A stretch of DNA of 63,982 nucleotides, the filler included, from Perkinsus olseni (lineage: Eukaryota): the NCBI GenBank assembly GCA_013115125.1. It is 3 parts of 3 records of this genome, joined end to end, with 100 filler letters (N's around TTAATTAATTAA, not from the genome) between each part and the next. Parts side by side here need not be neighbours in the genome. Positions count along the whole stretch, not along the records: positions 24,416 to 48,700 come from JABANN010000510.1; 2 more parts are not named here. One strand, written 5' to 3'. The notes under the pieces are model-generated. The model saw only the letters and a program-made list of their open reading frames with translations. It searched no databases and was not told where the DNA came from. Shown piece after piece: positions 25,342-39,900 of the stretch (positions are counted from its first letter, which is position 1; the number at the start of each line of letters is the position of its first letter). The translations under genes were made by a program, and so were the position numbers.

Positions 25342-27932
25342 TCATCCACCTCTCATGGTCTCTGTAATACAGCGATACTCTGTCTGACGGTCCCTATTGA
25401 CACAACTCCGCTGAGTGAAAATGAGACGAGACGAAATCATGGGCACCAGCGTAGTGGCAATATAATCGACTCCAAACAAAATCGCCGCAATAATAGCCAC
25501 CGTAGCTAGTGTAATATAGAACATGATATCGATCATCTGGGCGAGCGCTTTCTACACAACACACACGCACTTTAACGGAATAATCAATAATGACTAATAT
25601 AGCCTGTAATATGCACCTGAGCCCTGACGAGTGGCCCCTCCAGTGGTAGCGTAGACAGGGTGGTAGCCACCGCTCGGCATAAACGCTCCACTGTATTCAC
25701 ATGCCCTCTCCAGCGACGCATTATGATGTGCGAATGCATCGTATCTGCATTAGGAAATAGCAAGATTTGCCAAGATTGCAAGATCTCACAGCTGAGTATT
25801 TATCCTATCGCCCTCGGATTGCACATAATATACAACGCCAATGGCCATGAGGAACATTACCACCAGACTGGACAGGGCGACCGTGTACAGCTCTTGACGC
25901 TGATCGAGAACAAGCAACCAAAGGTAAAAGCCCAACTCGCTGGCCTGTGAAACTCGTCAGCCAATTGGATACTTGTTCGATTGTGGAATCATATACTGGT
26001 AGTTCTATGAGGATTACGATCGAGGGTCACACGACACTGAAGCATTCCTGCGTGTGCAAGCTTACCGTAACAAGACTATCCTTCTCGTTTCGTTCTTCGA
26101 TCTCATCATCATGATCATTCAGCGTCCGTAGGAACGTGATATAGCGTTTAGTGGGATGCTTCTTCGGACTCCCTTCCTGATCAGCACAGCCCCTACACTG
26201 ACAACACGCCACGGGAGAGTTTCCCAGAATTCCGAATGGGGAGTGGAAGAGAAGTCCAGCGAGACCTTTCTAAAATGCCGGTGCTAGGATTGGTATCTCG
26301 GGAGCCCAGAGATCCTGTATTCTTCGGAAAAAAATTTCCCGGCGCAATTGATTGGTGCTGAGTAATCTTACGCAGCTTCACCGTGCTCACCTCAGACGCC
26401 TTCACGGTGGGCTCCTCAGAATTGCTGCTCTCCTCAGCATTATTATCGGCAGGACTATTGTTGGGGTCGAGCGACAGAATCGCCGCTATTGTTTTCTCAG
26501 CATCCTTTTCGAACTGGCGGAACGACTCCACCATTTTACGCTCTCTTGCATCAATCTGCATCAACGACTTCTACGAAGCTTACCCTTCGAAGACAGCCAC
26601 CAATAGAGATCGATGGCTATGAGATATCACTCATGGGGCGTTCTCGATTCATTTCGGCATGGAGTGGTATGAAGAAGTGATACATTTTTCGGCAAACCCT
26701 CAGATCGTTAAATGCCCGGGCCGGTGCTCTCCATTCACGCTGGCACGCGAAAAGAAGCTCAACGGCTCTCTCTTCGCGAGGACTAGAATGCCACGGCAAC
26801 AGTCCAGCTTACATCACGTTCGGTGTCGTACGAAATGGAGCTCAGAGTCTCCTTTGCTGTGTCGTCGTCGTCCACGTCATTGGACGACTGAAACCCAGCA
26901 GGTATCAAAGGGACATTGCGGAGACGTGAAAGCGCTCCGATCGTGCAGCAGCAGCAGCAGCCACCAGCCCGCCTGCTTGCCTTGGTTCTAATTAATTCAT
27001 TCACTCTCCGAGCCTCGAGTTCAGCCAGACTCACGCTCGTGGCTTCGGATGGTGATGATGCTGAGGCGATGGCGCTCCTCGGAATTCCAGAGGTAGTGAC
27101 ACTCGCACTGCAAAAGATACTCTCACGTACCGAGCGGCGAGAGCTCAACTGAGATACGTTAACGCGCCAAGCGAAGCAGTTCCCCTCCAGCTCCATTGAT
27201 AGATTACAGTCAAGCGACGGACCCAATTCGAAGCGCGGCTGCACGCCTAGCGCTCCATTAAGTGGTAACACTCCACCCGCAGAGGTCGAATTTTCGATTT
27301 TGAGACTCTTCTTCGTTCGAAGAGGTAATCTGTTATCGCTGAGCCGAAAAGAGAAGGCGAGAAAAGCTGTTGATTGGGCTTCGAGTGCCAACAGAACCAA
27401 GGCCCGGACAAATATGTTGTAGACCGGAATGGCGAGCAAGGTCTTACCTCAGTAACGGTTTCGTAACAGTCAGTAGGAGTGGTAGTATGAATCGCATGAT
27501 AGGAGGGGGAAAGAATCCATACAACGGAGATCCATGACCCGAACGAACACGAACACAAGCCATTCAGTGCATGAGTGTCGACAATCTCATAACAACAACG
27601 GCATGCGTGATCAGGCTAGCCCTGAGCAGAATGAGGGCCATCAGCATTGAGTACCTGGAGAGAGACCAAGTGGCTTGACAGCCTAGCAAGATCTGGCAGA
27701 GAGCATCGGATTTTCCCACGGACGAGCCTTCCACGATCCGCATCGGAAGCACAAGGCAATGGACATTCTCGCGACTGGGGATTGAACTTAGGATCTCCCG
27801 ATAATCACGTGACTATACTTCGTGAGTATGTCAATCCGCACTGAGTAAAGGCCTGACCCGTATTGCTGGGGCCTCGACTGAGCTGCTCAGCTGCAAGCTC
27901 GTATCTTCAATGTTAACCACGGAGTTCAACAT
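25342..27932 (-). CDS. Hypothetical coiled-coil protein with C-terminal hydrophobic segments, spliced
   Basis: Minus-strand exons with heptads (SLAELEARRVNELIR; QIDARERKMVESFRQFEKDAEK) and TM-like stretches (~25830-25930, ~25480-25530). Boundaries uncertain; may be more than one gene. Confidence 0.35.
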
Positions 27933-27939
27933 CTGATAC

Positions 27940-30900
27940 TCAAAGTGAGGGAGAGTTAACGTCGTGCCTGGCTACTTCAGAGGGCCTGCGATTATCAAAG
28001 GCTTCCATAGGTCTCCAGCTCGTCTCAAAGAAGTGTCTGCAATACCTGTAATGCAGCACAAACGGGCTCTACGACGGAGAAAAATGACCCCGGCCCGATT
28101 CGAACGGACAACCTTCTGATCTGGAGTCAGATGCGCTACCGTTGCGCCACAGGGCCCGTCAATAAATAACGCTCAAGTTAACGGATCATCAACAGAGAAG
28201 CTGATCTCACTTCTCATCCGCCAGGCTCACAACTACATCTCCCCACGGCTCGACAGGCCCGTACCCATCCCGCACGCAACGATACGACGACACTTTTATC
28301 GAGCCAGTCGGAAGGTAGTTGTAATCTCTGCCTGATACCTGACCCGACGGGCTGCAGTTAGGGGAACCCTATGAAGGAGATTGTACCACACATCCCCTAC
28401 CACTTCTCCGAAGACAGGTATCTGCGCGATATGCCCCTTGGAGGCGATCTGAAGAATAACTTCGACTTTACACGGCTCTCTAGCGATCAGCTCCACTCCG
28501 ATGTTCGTTGCCAGGCCAGGAGGGAGGGGTCCCGGTCGATAACTGCCGGTGATACTGGGCAGAAAAACTGATGCGAAAAGCGTAAAATTGTTACATGGGG
28601 CAGACTATCGCCTCCTTCGAGGGGATGTTGCCGACTATCTTCACCTTCAACCTGGTTCAAAGATCAATAACATCCACCTTCCGAGGCGAAGCATCCACCT
28701 CGTAACGTCCGAATCTAGATTCCGGACCTTCACCACCATCCTGTAAATGCCGTACTGCCGAACGCAGCCGAAAATCAGACGTGCCGGACTGACCTGAAAA
28801 ATGTGTGTGTCCGCTATCTCAGGAGCTCATCGCGCATCAGGAGATCATCGGTGCCGTCACAGGTTCCCTGGCGACAAGGCCCACCGGCAGCCCGCGATAT
28901 GAGCGCACCTCGATGAGCTTGCCAGGATCACCAAGCCCCAACAGCGACCCGGTCAAGAATTCAGTTTGGGCCCTGTCGCCATCATGGGCGATACCTGAAC
29001 ATGCACAGGTTAGCGGTATACCGGTAAATGCCTGTATCAACCCGTGGCATGAAGGTAGCGTTCGATAACGCCGGTGTGGCTGCCGCTCTTGCGTATCTGA
29101 CAAGGCACACCCACGGTTCGAACCTTCGCCCTCCATAAAGGAAAAGCTGGACAGTAACCGTTCAAGCAAATCACCTCCATAGCCCCCGGAGCTTCCACTC
29201 CTTCCATCTTCCTCGCCAGGCTGGACGTCCGAACACGCCGATCAACTGGCGCCTCAATTGAGACAAACTCTCCGTTGCGAATCAAACAAGCATCTGAGAG
29301 TGCACACGCAAGAGGCGACAGCGTCCCTCCAATCCGTCCGTCCTTAGAAAACTTGCTCAGATAGGAGAGCGAGACAATGCTTATCAGGCGGAGAGCGAAT
29401 CTACGGAATCTAGCCCCGACGGCCATGTATCGAATGACTACCTTCAGATGAACCTTCATCAACCCTAGGGTCTCCATACACGTCCCACTGGGAGCCTCTC
29501 TTATCAGGGTGTGGCCCTTCTGGAATGACACCGGTCAGTGCCTAACATAACGATTGTACTGCGGTCGTAGGTAACGAGCAGACGCGCAGAACTGCAGCAC
29601 ACTCGACTGTTTAATTGTCCTCATGGGCGGATCCCCGAAGTTTAGTACTGAAGTGACCGAGTTCAACGACCGCCAGAAGCCTCAGGAGCTCATTTCGGTT
29701 CATTACCTTTGCACTCTCCATGTGCGAATAATTTTCGCCGTCTTCTTCCCTCTCAGAGGGCAACGCCTGGAAGATAAGCTTTCAACAACGACGAGGAGGG
29801 GGATGACCGAGAGTAGAATGTTTGCCGCCAGGGGCTGCACACCTCATCAGCAGTCTCTCGCCGCAACTGCTCGCCCGAGTCCTTCACTTGGTCGTCTTTT
29901 TCAACCTCACACAATACGGCGCAATGGCCGCGTTACTCCCGCTGCAAAATACCTACCACAGCTGTCGCATTCTCCATCGACTTTTCTTCTTTCTGTCGTT
30001 TCTGCTCGATCAATTCCTCCATCTTGGCCCATTCGTGTGGGAGCAAAGGATCCCAGGGGGACCTCCGAGCAAAGGCAGCCCTCTCCTCCCGGCTGCCAAC
30101 AACCTCCAACTTCTGAAACATAGGAGGATGCGAATGTGAGGCAGAGTCGACATCTCGGGCGCTACTGGTAGAGGCTTGGGCGGGAGCTGGGAAGGCTCGA
30201 CCTGGGAAACCGTACGATGACAAGGAAGAGTGTGAGCCTGACATTGTAGAGTCTCCGTGACAGCGTTGTACCTTTTCGCCGAGCATCCGATGTTCCACGA
30301 GGAAGTTGAGGCCGTGTTCGCTTTGAAAGTAGTTGTATGGATTAATAGCAGTGGCTTCATTCTGAAATGAGAAGCAAAGCGGTCAATTCTGAGGAGCTAA
30401 CGGGCAACAAAGCAGTGACAGCTGTGGGGTTCGAACCCACGCCCTTTCGGACTGGCGCCTTAAGCCAGCGCCTTAGACCACTCGGCCAAACTGTCGATAA
30501 AATCCATTGATTCCAATCTCTTTCTATGTTCCCAATAACATTCAAGAGAAACAACTGATCATCACCGGGGAGCTCCGAGGCCCACCGCGCATTCTCCCCC
30601 TTCGTCCGGTCTTCTTATTCCTTTGGTCTCCACTCTTTCCCTCACCAGAGGCTGTTGATGTGATTCACTGGAATCAGTAGGCTCCTAGAAGACCGAGAAG
30701 AAGAATATAGAATGATGTCACGATGTTCATGCGAAGCGAGCTTCCCTGTGATCCTCGCGTCTTGATGATCTCTCTGCCCTACATCATTCGCCACGCTCGA
30801 CTCTTCTTCAGGCTCCTTTCTCTCGGCCGACTCCTTCTCCAACCTTTCCACTACTTCTCCAGCCAACCTACGGAAATGAGTAATTCACACGGTGTCACCG

Positions 30901-33900
30901 TCTAGAGGAAGGTTAATCAGATCCCAGGCATCTGGGGGTACTTCAATATTTCGTGGCGCGTGACGCTCTCACTTCACAGCTGTATTCAGCATTTCCTCCG
31001 CGCCCGGGGCGTGCTGCCATCTCGCAGCGAGTTCCAAGCACTGTGCTTCGACCTGATACGTAAAGCCGTCAAAGTACCAATACCGCTGCAACGTCACTGC
31101 GCCACGAAATTCATGGCGTTCGAGAGTACATCCACATCTAATGTATTGAGAGAAATTCAGACCCCTCATAACGAGGCAGACCGGCCCACCCCCTTGTGCT
31201 GCCTAGAACCCAGACACGTCAGTTGAAGTAATATATTGGAGAAATCGGAAAGGCTCTCAGCTACCCTCATACATGATTGGCCGCGCCAGAGGGGAAAAAG
31301 AGATACATCAGTAGTGATAAAATGATTAAGATCCCACAAGAGATCGCGTACCATCCATGAAGGATAAATCACCTCCTTTTTAGTCCACTGGTGAGCATCT
31401 CTCCCAGCTCCCAACGATCGGTCATAGCTCGCCATTCAAAAGACAGATTGCAACCACTGGCTGCGAACGAAAACACGATATATTGCACAACACCAAGATG
31501 ATATCAACACACGCAGCATCCGTGCTAGCCATGCGGCCTTCATCACTTCGACTTCTTCGTCTTCTTCACCTTCGCCACAGCAGCCCTGGCCTCGGCCTCC
31601 CTCTGCATGCGATCCGCTACTTCATCATGGAGGCCCCTGACAACATCGATCAGCCAGGGGTCAATCCCCACACAGTAAGTTCTTCGACTCAGAAAGATCC
31701 AGAGGTACCGTAGTTCGAGAGGCGCTCCCGAGCCCAAATCCGCAATAATCTTACTTATGAGCCTCCGTCCAGTCACTATAGCGGACACAGGCGTCCTCGA
31801 ATTCCCGCAGCATGCTGTCAGAGACCTCAGGATACTCGATCAGGTGTCTCACTGTGGTGAACTCGCCTGACGCAAAGGCAGGGTATATTCTCCTGTTAAG
31901 ATTATTCAGACTGGAATCGGAACTTTGACCCTCGTAAACATGGAACGACATTCGCCCGTCTTCCTACTCGGTGCCGGGACCACTGGGTTGGGGTCCTCGA
32001 CCGCCTCCACCTGACCACCAATCACATCACGAGTGCCTGCCTACAGCCACTTCGTACTTGTCGGCTCACACTGGAAGGGATGGTAATCTCAGGGATGGGC
32101 AGGATCTTCAGATCAACGCTGCGGCCGGTCTTGATGAGGTAGTGACTGGTACCTGTAGAAGCATGGACGGCACATCGCCACGCTATATTGGAAACTATCA
32201 CTCCTGCGAGGAAGTTGTCGAGAAGTCACACTACTGTAAAGAGATTCCCTTGCTGGTAAAACAGTAAAGAATGTTCGTGCCAGTCAATTGCAGAGCACTG
32301 GCATCGGCGATGTCCTCAGACTACTAGCAGATGAGCCTTGCTGAGTCGAAGAACATCCGAGAGCGTATCACGACAGGAAAAAACCAGCGTGTTTCAACCT
32401 TGTGTCAACCTTCATCAGCAGCCTACATCCGTCCATAGGAGAGTCCATAGCCACACTCTCTCTGATAGCGTCAGAAGCATTGAGTGCCTCCGTGGCCTCC
32501 TTGAAAGGTAGTATTTCCTACATGACGGAATGTAGCCACTGAGGTTGAGGCAGGCTCACCTGCGCCTCGTTGAGACCATCACCATACACAACGATCAGTC
32601 TTGGTGGGTGGGAGAATAGACCGTCTACTGATGGTAGGAACTGATGAGACATTGAGGGAGTTACGTTTGGTGTGGTATCGGTTTGGCGCCTCTCCCTCCA
32701 AGGCTTATAATTCTCAAAAACGGACTCTCCTCAGGAGTGTCCCCTACGATGTCGATCTCATTGCGCACCCGGAAGCTTGCGTAACCGCGGCACTACGCAG
32801 AGAAGAGAAGGAAGAGTAACTTCGGGACAAAGGCATTGCCACAGAAGCTCTCTCCCTGTGGACAACAGAGGGCGCCTTATCTACACCAGCCCATCCAGGC
32901 AACAGGGAACACGCTCGAAGAGCATCAGTAGAGTCTACCATGAACCATGCGAGAGAGCAGTAAATGAATTGACGAATGAGTGCCCCAGCAGTACATCTTT
33001 ATCGGGATGATAAATAGCAGTCATGGGGCGCAGGGCCTCGTCAATGGGCGCCCCGGGCCTTGGAGATGGCATATCCTTCGACTCATCCAAGCAAGTTGCT
33101 AACTTAACCGAGCCTGCATACCCGAGTGTAAGCGTCGAGAAGGCGTCGGAGTCCTACAGCAGTTAGTTCTGCCATCAATCTCGAAGGAGTTCCTCTCATC
33201 GTCAATGCACCGGAGGGTGAAGGACCCGTGACCATCGTCATCCCTTATGTATTCGGCAACATACGCTGCACCATCCACCACTGTTTTACCTGAAGGAAGA
33301 GAACACAGAGTGGGCAGGCACGTCGACCACAACGAGCGACTGCATTGTCCTCTCCTCTGAGATGACTGATCACCAACATAAAGGGGCCAACGACATTTTG
33401 CAACGCCCGGCTTGACAGCACCGAGACTCTCAAGGCCCACACAGAACCAAGTTGAGAGTACTGAAGACAGCTCTGTTGAGAATGCCGTTAAGAGACTCGA
33501 AAAAGCTGGTGGAGAAGCTTGATTGAGGCGCGGCAGAAGGAAAACATGCAAGAAAAAAACAGCGTGAACCAACTCACCTGTATTCACATTCACCTTGATG
33601 CTCAGGGCACCGCATCGTTTGACGGCCACTTCCTCCCCCTCTGCACTCTGCTCAATACAGACCATAGAAGCATCCTCCAGCTCTACTGTGAACTGAAAGG
33701 AAAGGACAGACTTTTTAACTTAATCAAGGCAAAAAATATTTCCCAACTCGTCTACGCACAAGAATCTTCCCTGGCGAAAGGCACAGGCAACAAGAGGATC
33801 GCGCCATACCTACCAAAGCGTTGGAGCCATTCTGGCTGATATAACAAAGGGGGGTTCCAAGCTTCGAAATGGAGATCTTGTCACCCAACTCGGACCTTTC

Positions 33901-36900
33901 TGTGGAGATGCGTGTATGATCAGGGAAAATAACCTGAGGGAAGAATGGTCCTACGAAGTGGCGATTCTGCAACTCACCTTCCGTACAGAACCATCTGGCG
34001 TAGTGATGATCATTGAACCCAGATTATTGGTAACAATCTCGTGGCCACTTTCCGGATCAACTTGTGTCGCGGTAGGCACTGACACACCAGCGAGAAGACA
34101 AGTCCATCGAGAGACGTGACGATACACCGCTGAAGCCGGGGAAGCTGCGCTAGGTGGCCTACCCTTCGAATCGAGCTTCTCTTCACACATACCCCCTTCT
34201 ACTAAGAACCTAATCTCATCCAGATACCTACAAACGAGGCATTCCAGCTCGTAGCTCTCGCGACTCGCGCTGGTAGTAGCAACGTCGAACGGACTTAGCC
34301 TTACTTCTGCTTCCCCGCATCAGCGTCCTCATCGACGTTTGCCTCCGTCTCCTCGTTCTCGTCCCCGCCTTCGACAGCAACAGCCTGTGGAGTCCTCGGC
34401 CTCTCAGGGGCGCGCCAGCGTTTATACCTGGCAATAGCGCGAATCGTGCTGCACGATAGAACCTTCCAACAACTTCCACTGACATCTCGCCGCTCCTTGG
34501 TTTCACAACGATCCACTCCCCAGGTCGGGCAGCCGGAGGGAGCCGGAGATCACCGGATAACTGCTCGGCAGTTGGGTCTCGGTAGCTATACGTGCCTGAA
34601 TAGCGAGCGAAGACAGTCAGCTACACATTTCGATTCTATTTTCCATGGCTCGTGCTTTCCAAGACTTTAATTTTCCTCCTCTTTCGTATTCCACCGGCTC
34701 GTGCTATGCCACCAGATCAACTCAAGACTGTCTCCGAGTAGAACTTATTGTATACAAATCTGTCGTACGTAGCTTCGTTAGTAGAAGGAACTTCCCAGCC
34801 GAGCACGTCGAGCTTACACGCCGTGATCCTACATCCTCGAGAAAAGCATTCGAGGAAAAGCAGTCCACCCATGCACTTCCCTCCCGGTCATGTATAGGTC
34901 TTTTGATCTGTAACCACTTTGTAGATCGTAATTAGTTAGTTTCCTTAATGAGCCAAGGTGGCTACCAGTAGCTGCACATCAAGGATACGCCCATGCTCAT
35001 GGGTCAGAAGTTAGTACTCGCCGTCGAGCCCCACCCTGATTGACAGAGTTTAGAGATGAATCTAGGGCCACTCATCCCATTCCCAAGGATTCACCTTCTC
35101 ATTTAGCATGCAGACATTCACCACCGGGAAACGTGAGCGAGCCCACCCCCCCCCAGACTGGGTGATCGGAGGCACGTACTCCGAAAATAGGGTGTACTCA
35201 AATAGCATCCATCAATCATCACTAATCTGCGTAAGTCTGTGCGGGAGAGCAACCGCAACCGACAGAAACATACAGTATCCACCGAGTCTTCCTATTTCTT
35301 CGAAGAGAAAGCGCGCTCGCCCTCGACGTTCCAAACCAGGAAATGTAAGTGCCAGAATTAACACGCCGGCGGCGAGTCGCAGCTGGCGACCCGCTTCAAG
35401 GGGTCGGCTCTGCTCCAACATCTTCTGCAGGTGATCTTCAACCGCGTCCCTCGAAGAGTACGTTCACTCTCGCAGAGATGATCAGTTTAGAGGAGTGCCA
35501 GTCCGAGCTTCGTATGATAATATTCTAGTATCAGCTTCGCAGTGATATTGTCCGGGCCGGAACTTGCGCTGTCACCACCGCTGGGCGGTGGTGACACCGC
35601 TAGATGGGAGGTCCTCCTCGGGCGAGAGTACTGGAGCGTGATAATGGTGATAGCAAGCCTGAGATTTCTATGTCGGTTCGACCAGAAGTGAATCGAAGAC
35701 CGACTCGATACTTTCTGGAGAATCGGCGGAACGGCGAGTGATATTTACAGCAAGTGTTTGCGAGTTACCCGTCAGCCGCACTGGTTGAGCTTTGGCCGGG
35801 CCAGAGGGGCAACCCGGTTGTTGCCCATTCACTGCCGCCTACCATCAGGATAGAGTAGCTCTTTCCTGCCACTCGCCAACCCGCGCTGCACGACACCATT
35901 CGGAAACACCCTTCTACTCATCTCACAGTCGTACCTACACAGTCGAATGATCAGGCTTCTTGAACCATCACTGATGCCTTACACCAGATCGCCGCAGCGG
36001 GCATTGGAAATCATTCGAGACGGCCGCTTCGCATATGGGGGCTGCTGAGGCGTTAGCTCTATTCCTGGAGCATGAACATAAGATCTCCACGGCGATAAAA
36101 TACGATGACGACAGCTTTCTTCCTCCTCACCTCGCTTGGAGCGTAGCGTGACTCGTGAGGCCTGGAGAGGGCCATAGGTGAGTGTGAAGTCATCTTCCTC
36201 AGACCTAGTGACGGTGAGACGCGAGGAGTCCTGAGGAAAAGCATTGCCTGGCACAAGAGGAGAGAGTATCAAACTGCGCCTTCTGACACAAACCTCTGAA
36301 CGGGAGGACGCTTCTCGAAGCAACGCGTGACGCTTCCCGCGGACAGACTTTCACCTCTTGTTGACTGCCATCAGTCGAAAGTTGCTACACTATGGATGCC
36401 AATATTCAACTACACACTTTTTCCCAGAACAATCGCTTCAACGCCTAATCGCCGAGATATCAGCTCCATCCCATATAAATTTGCGCTCTTTCTGGTATTC
36501 GATATCATCGAGCCCACGAGAGACACATGAGGGCTGCACGAGAAGGAGAGCAGTCGCGTCCTGGCTGCTCACCTGATAGTTACATGACACACAAGACTCT
36601 TCAACTCTTAGAGTACAGCCCTTCGCGAACGCCTTGGTAACTCGTCGGCTGTACATGAGTTCCCTGAGGGACACGCAGTGGAATTTTGCATGCATGATCC
36701 ATGATGATTACATAGCATATGTTAATACATAGCCAGCACGAGAACACAATTTCGGCCGGAAGTCGAGAAATTTCACAAGTCTCCTCTCCACATCAAAATA
36801 CTGGACTTGAGGCGCCTCACCATACGAACTTCGGATGATAAGTATAATGTACGATATAATACATCTACCCACCTATCGAACTCATCTCCGCCCTCGTCAT

Positions 36901-39900
36901 TCTCAGCAGCATCAGCAGGTTTCTCTTCTTCATCAGCTGCGGCCTCTGGAGTTTCTTCTTCCTTCGCCTCCTCGTCGGCACCTGAATCTTAGATGATCCC
37001 AACAAGCCGAGAGCGCCTGGAAGGAAGAGCGACGAGCCGAGATAATGAGATGCACAACACGCCAGCAGTTGTCGAGCCGGTTCTCCCTCGAGCACACACT
37101 CAAGGACAATACGGTCCGTTTTTACGAGGCCCAATTTCGAAATAATCAGGGAAAGTGCGAGGAAATCACCTTCCTCTGGATCAATGGGGGCGGGGGTTCT
37201 CTGTGATACGGCCGTGCCTGACCACAAGATGATTCACAGAAGCAAAAGCTCTTGCTCGACCCCACGGGCAAGTCTTGTCGAAATTATCACGCTCCCATCG
37301 GCAGGTACGGAACACTTCTCGAAAACTTCTCTTATCTCGTAGCGCGGACCCTAAGGGGAGTAGTCGATAGAGTCTATCGGATAGACGATACTTAACACAA
37401 TAGGGCACCTTTGCTTCCAGCGGAACCTCCTCAGCTCCCTCTTCTCCCGCATCAGGCTGCCCATCACCATCAACATCCTCCTTCTCCTCATCCCTCTGCT
37501 CTGTGACCTGAGGACGATGGCGACGCTTGAGAAACATCATCAATTCCTGCTCTATCATTGTAAACTTCCAGCCTTCAGCCCAATTGAGAGAATGCGCTCA
37601 CGAAGAAGCGGACGTTGCATATACATGAGAGACGATATCAGCCATTTCACTCCGAAGGCTGCGACAAAGATTAGAGAGGAGCTGAGACTCGATCATCATC
37701 AGCTTTTCCACGCCTCTGACTTATCAGTGCCCCGCGAAGACGCGAACTTATCCAGCGTTCGGTAGACACCTCACCTGCTGCTGCTGCTGCTGCTGCTCAT
37801 CATCATTACACTCAATCTCTTCCCTCCAGGCATGCAGGGACATTCTTCCCGGTGGTGTCGGATAATATCTGACCATCACCACAACTAACTCGGAAATAAA
37901 TCATCGCGCAACAGTGCTTATCAACCACGACTTCATCCTAAACAATCTAGTCGCCGATTCTCCCCTCAAACTGCATGACAGCAGAGGCCCCACACCCGTG
38001 CAACATCCCCCGTAGTACATAGCGATCAGTGTGGCGTCGTATCTAGGCCAGTATCGAGTAGCCAGATAAGGCTCGCCGGCTCCTTTGCCGTATATGAGCC
38101 TTCCCAGCCGCTGCCTCAACAACCCCATCGGAATCTTCTCGTACACTCTACGGTCCACCAGCGACCTGCAAGCAGGATCCGCGGAGGAACGGGGCGCTCG
38201 GAGGTACCCACGCCAGAGTGCAACTCCCGACGGCGCCTCCCTTGGCTGGCGTGACGGAGTCCATCAGCTTGGCGAATTCGGTCAACAACAGCAGCCTTTC
38301 GATCGACGCAGAGCCCAAACGCTTCGGCATGAAGGGTATCTAAGGTTGATCCGTGGACAACAGCGATCGACAAAAGATGCTTTCACGCACAGACGAGGGC
38401 GTTAACACGAGTATCTTTGGGAAGATGATTTTCTTTCTTGATTCGCTCCGGTCCGAGAACTAGAATTCTTTGCACCACAGGCGACTTGGGGTTATAAAGT
38501 AATGAAGAGAATCAAACTTCGACAAAAAAGTCCGAAGCATCGCTGTTTTCTCTGATCACCAATCATTCTGCAATCTTGCCCAGAAGAGAAGGAGAATGCT
38601 TCAAAGAAAGCTGGTCGAACTATGCGGCATCTTCCGATGGGGATGATGGTCACCACGCTTCAATAACCGTAGTAAACAGCTCCGTCTCAAAGGCATGTAA
38701 TACGAACACCACCTACTATCTTGGTCCTGAGAGCTCTCCTCTGGTCAGCAGTCAAGACACATTCACCCTCCACAGGAGAGGCCCTGGGAACTCGAAAGCA
38801 TCCTTCAATCTGAAGAGGTGACAGTCTCAAGCACACCGTCCAAGAGACCATCGTCTCCGCAGGTCTCGTGTATCACCAACAAATCTTTCCTCCGCACCGG
38901 GAAGAAGCCCCCACAGACAAGGATCCCATCCACACCCTGCGCACCCTCTTAGCCACAGTAGCAACGCTTTCATGACCAAACATGCGAACGCCTCGATACC
39001 GACACCCCAGAGTATCCAGACTCGGAAGCTGAGGACCAGCCACCATAGCACGGAAGAAAGCTGTCGAACTCACGACAGCCTCGGCATCCTGCAAGTCATG
39101 ATACGGGTTGGTGTCGGAACCCTCAGACTCGGACTCCTCTCCGGCAATAGAGGGACCCCAGTCTTGAGACAACGTCACCTTAATATACCTGCAGCGATCA
39201 CCAATACTGCACCCAGGCTGACTGAAGAATCAACCGTACGCGTGGTCACCTTCGAGAGTGGGAAAAACTGAATCAACAATTCTACTAGAGATCAAACCTC
39301 TCCTCGTAAAATAGCCGTTAACAAAAAACAAACTTCGCAAAACTTTTATAAAAAATAAAGGGAAAATCATCACGCTGTTCGTCCGAGAAATAACGCAATG
39401 TAATGATGTGATAATTTCCCGGGACACTCTTCCTTTCGACAATGCGCCGGAAAATTGAGAAAAAGGCGCCGTTAAAACATCACTGAAAAAGAGCGATCGC
39501 AGGAGGAATCAACCCCTCACTTCGATAGCTTCCGCGCCTCTTCTTCCTTCCTTTTCTCAACTCCATCGTCTGAGGACCCACTCCTTCACCCGACCCATCA
39601 GGAAAAACTCACCCAAAGTCTGCGGCACCTCCCTCTCCTCATTTCGGATTCCCGCCCCAACTTGCTCTACCAGACAGTCTAGGAGAACGGACGGACTCTG
39701 ATAGGCGGGATGAATGCTGTCCGCCAACTTCCTGTACCTGCCATAACGCAGCTTCAACCTAAATCGTCGACCAAAAGCACCGACGTTGAAAGGTCAAGCT
39801 CTTCGTTTCCCGGCTCAGAGGATGCACCCAGCGGTCCACTATCCCCGGCGATGTCGACAAGAGCGGACATGAAAGAAGCTTTGATCTACCGTTTAATTCC

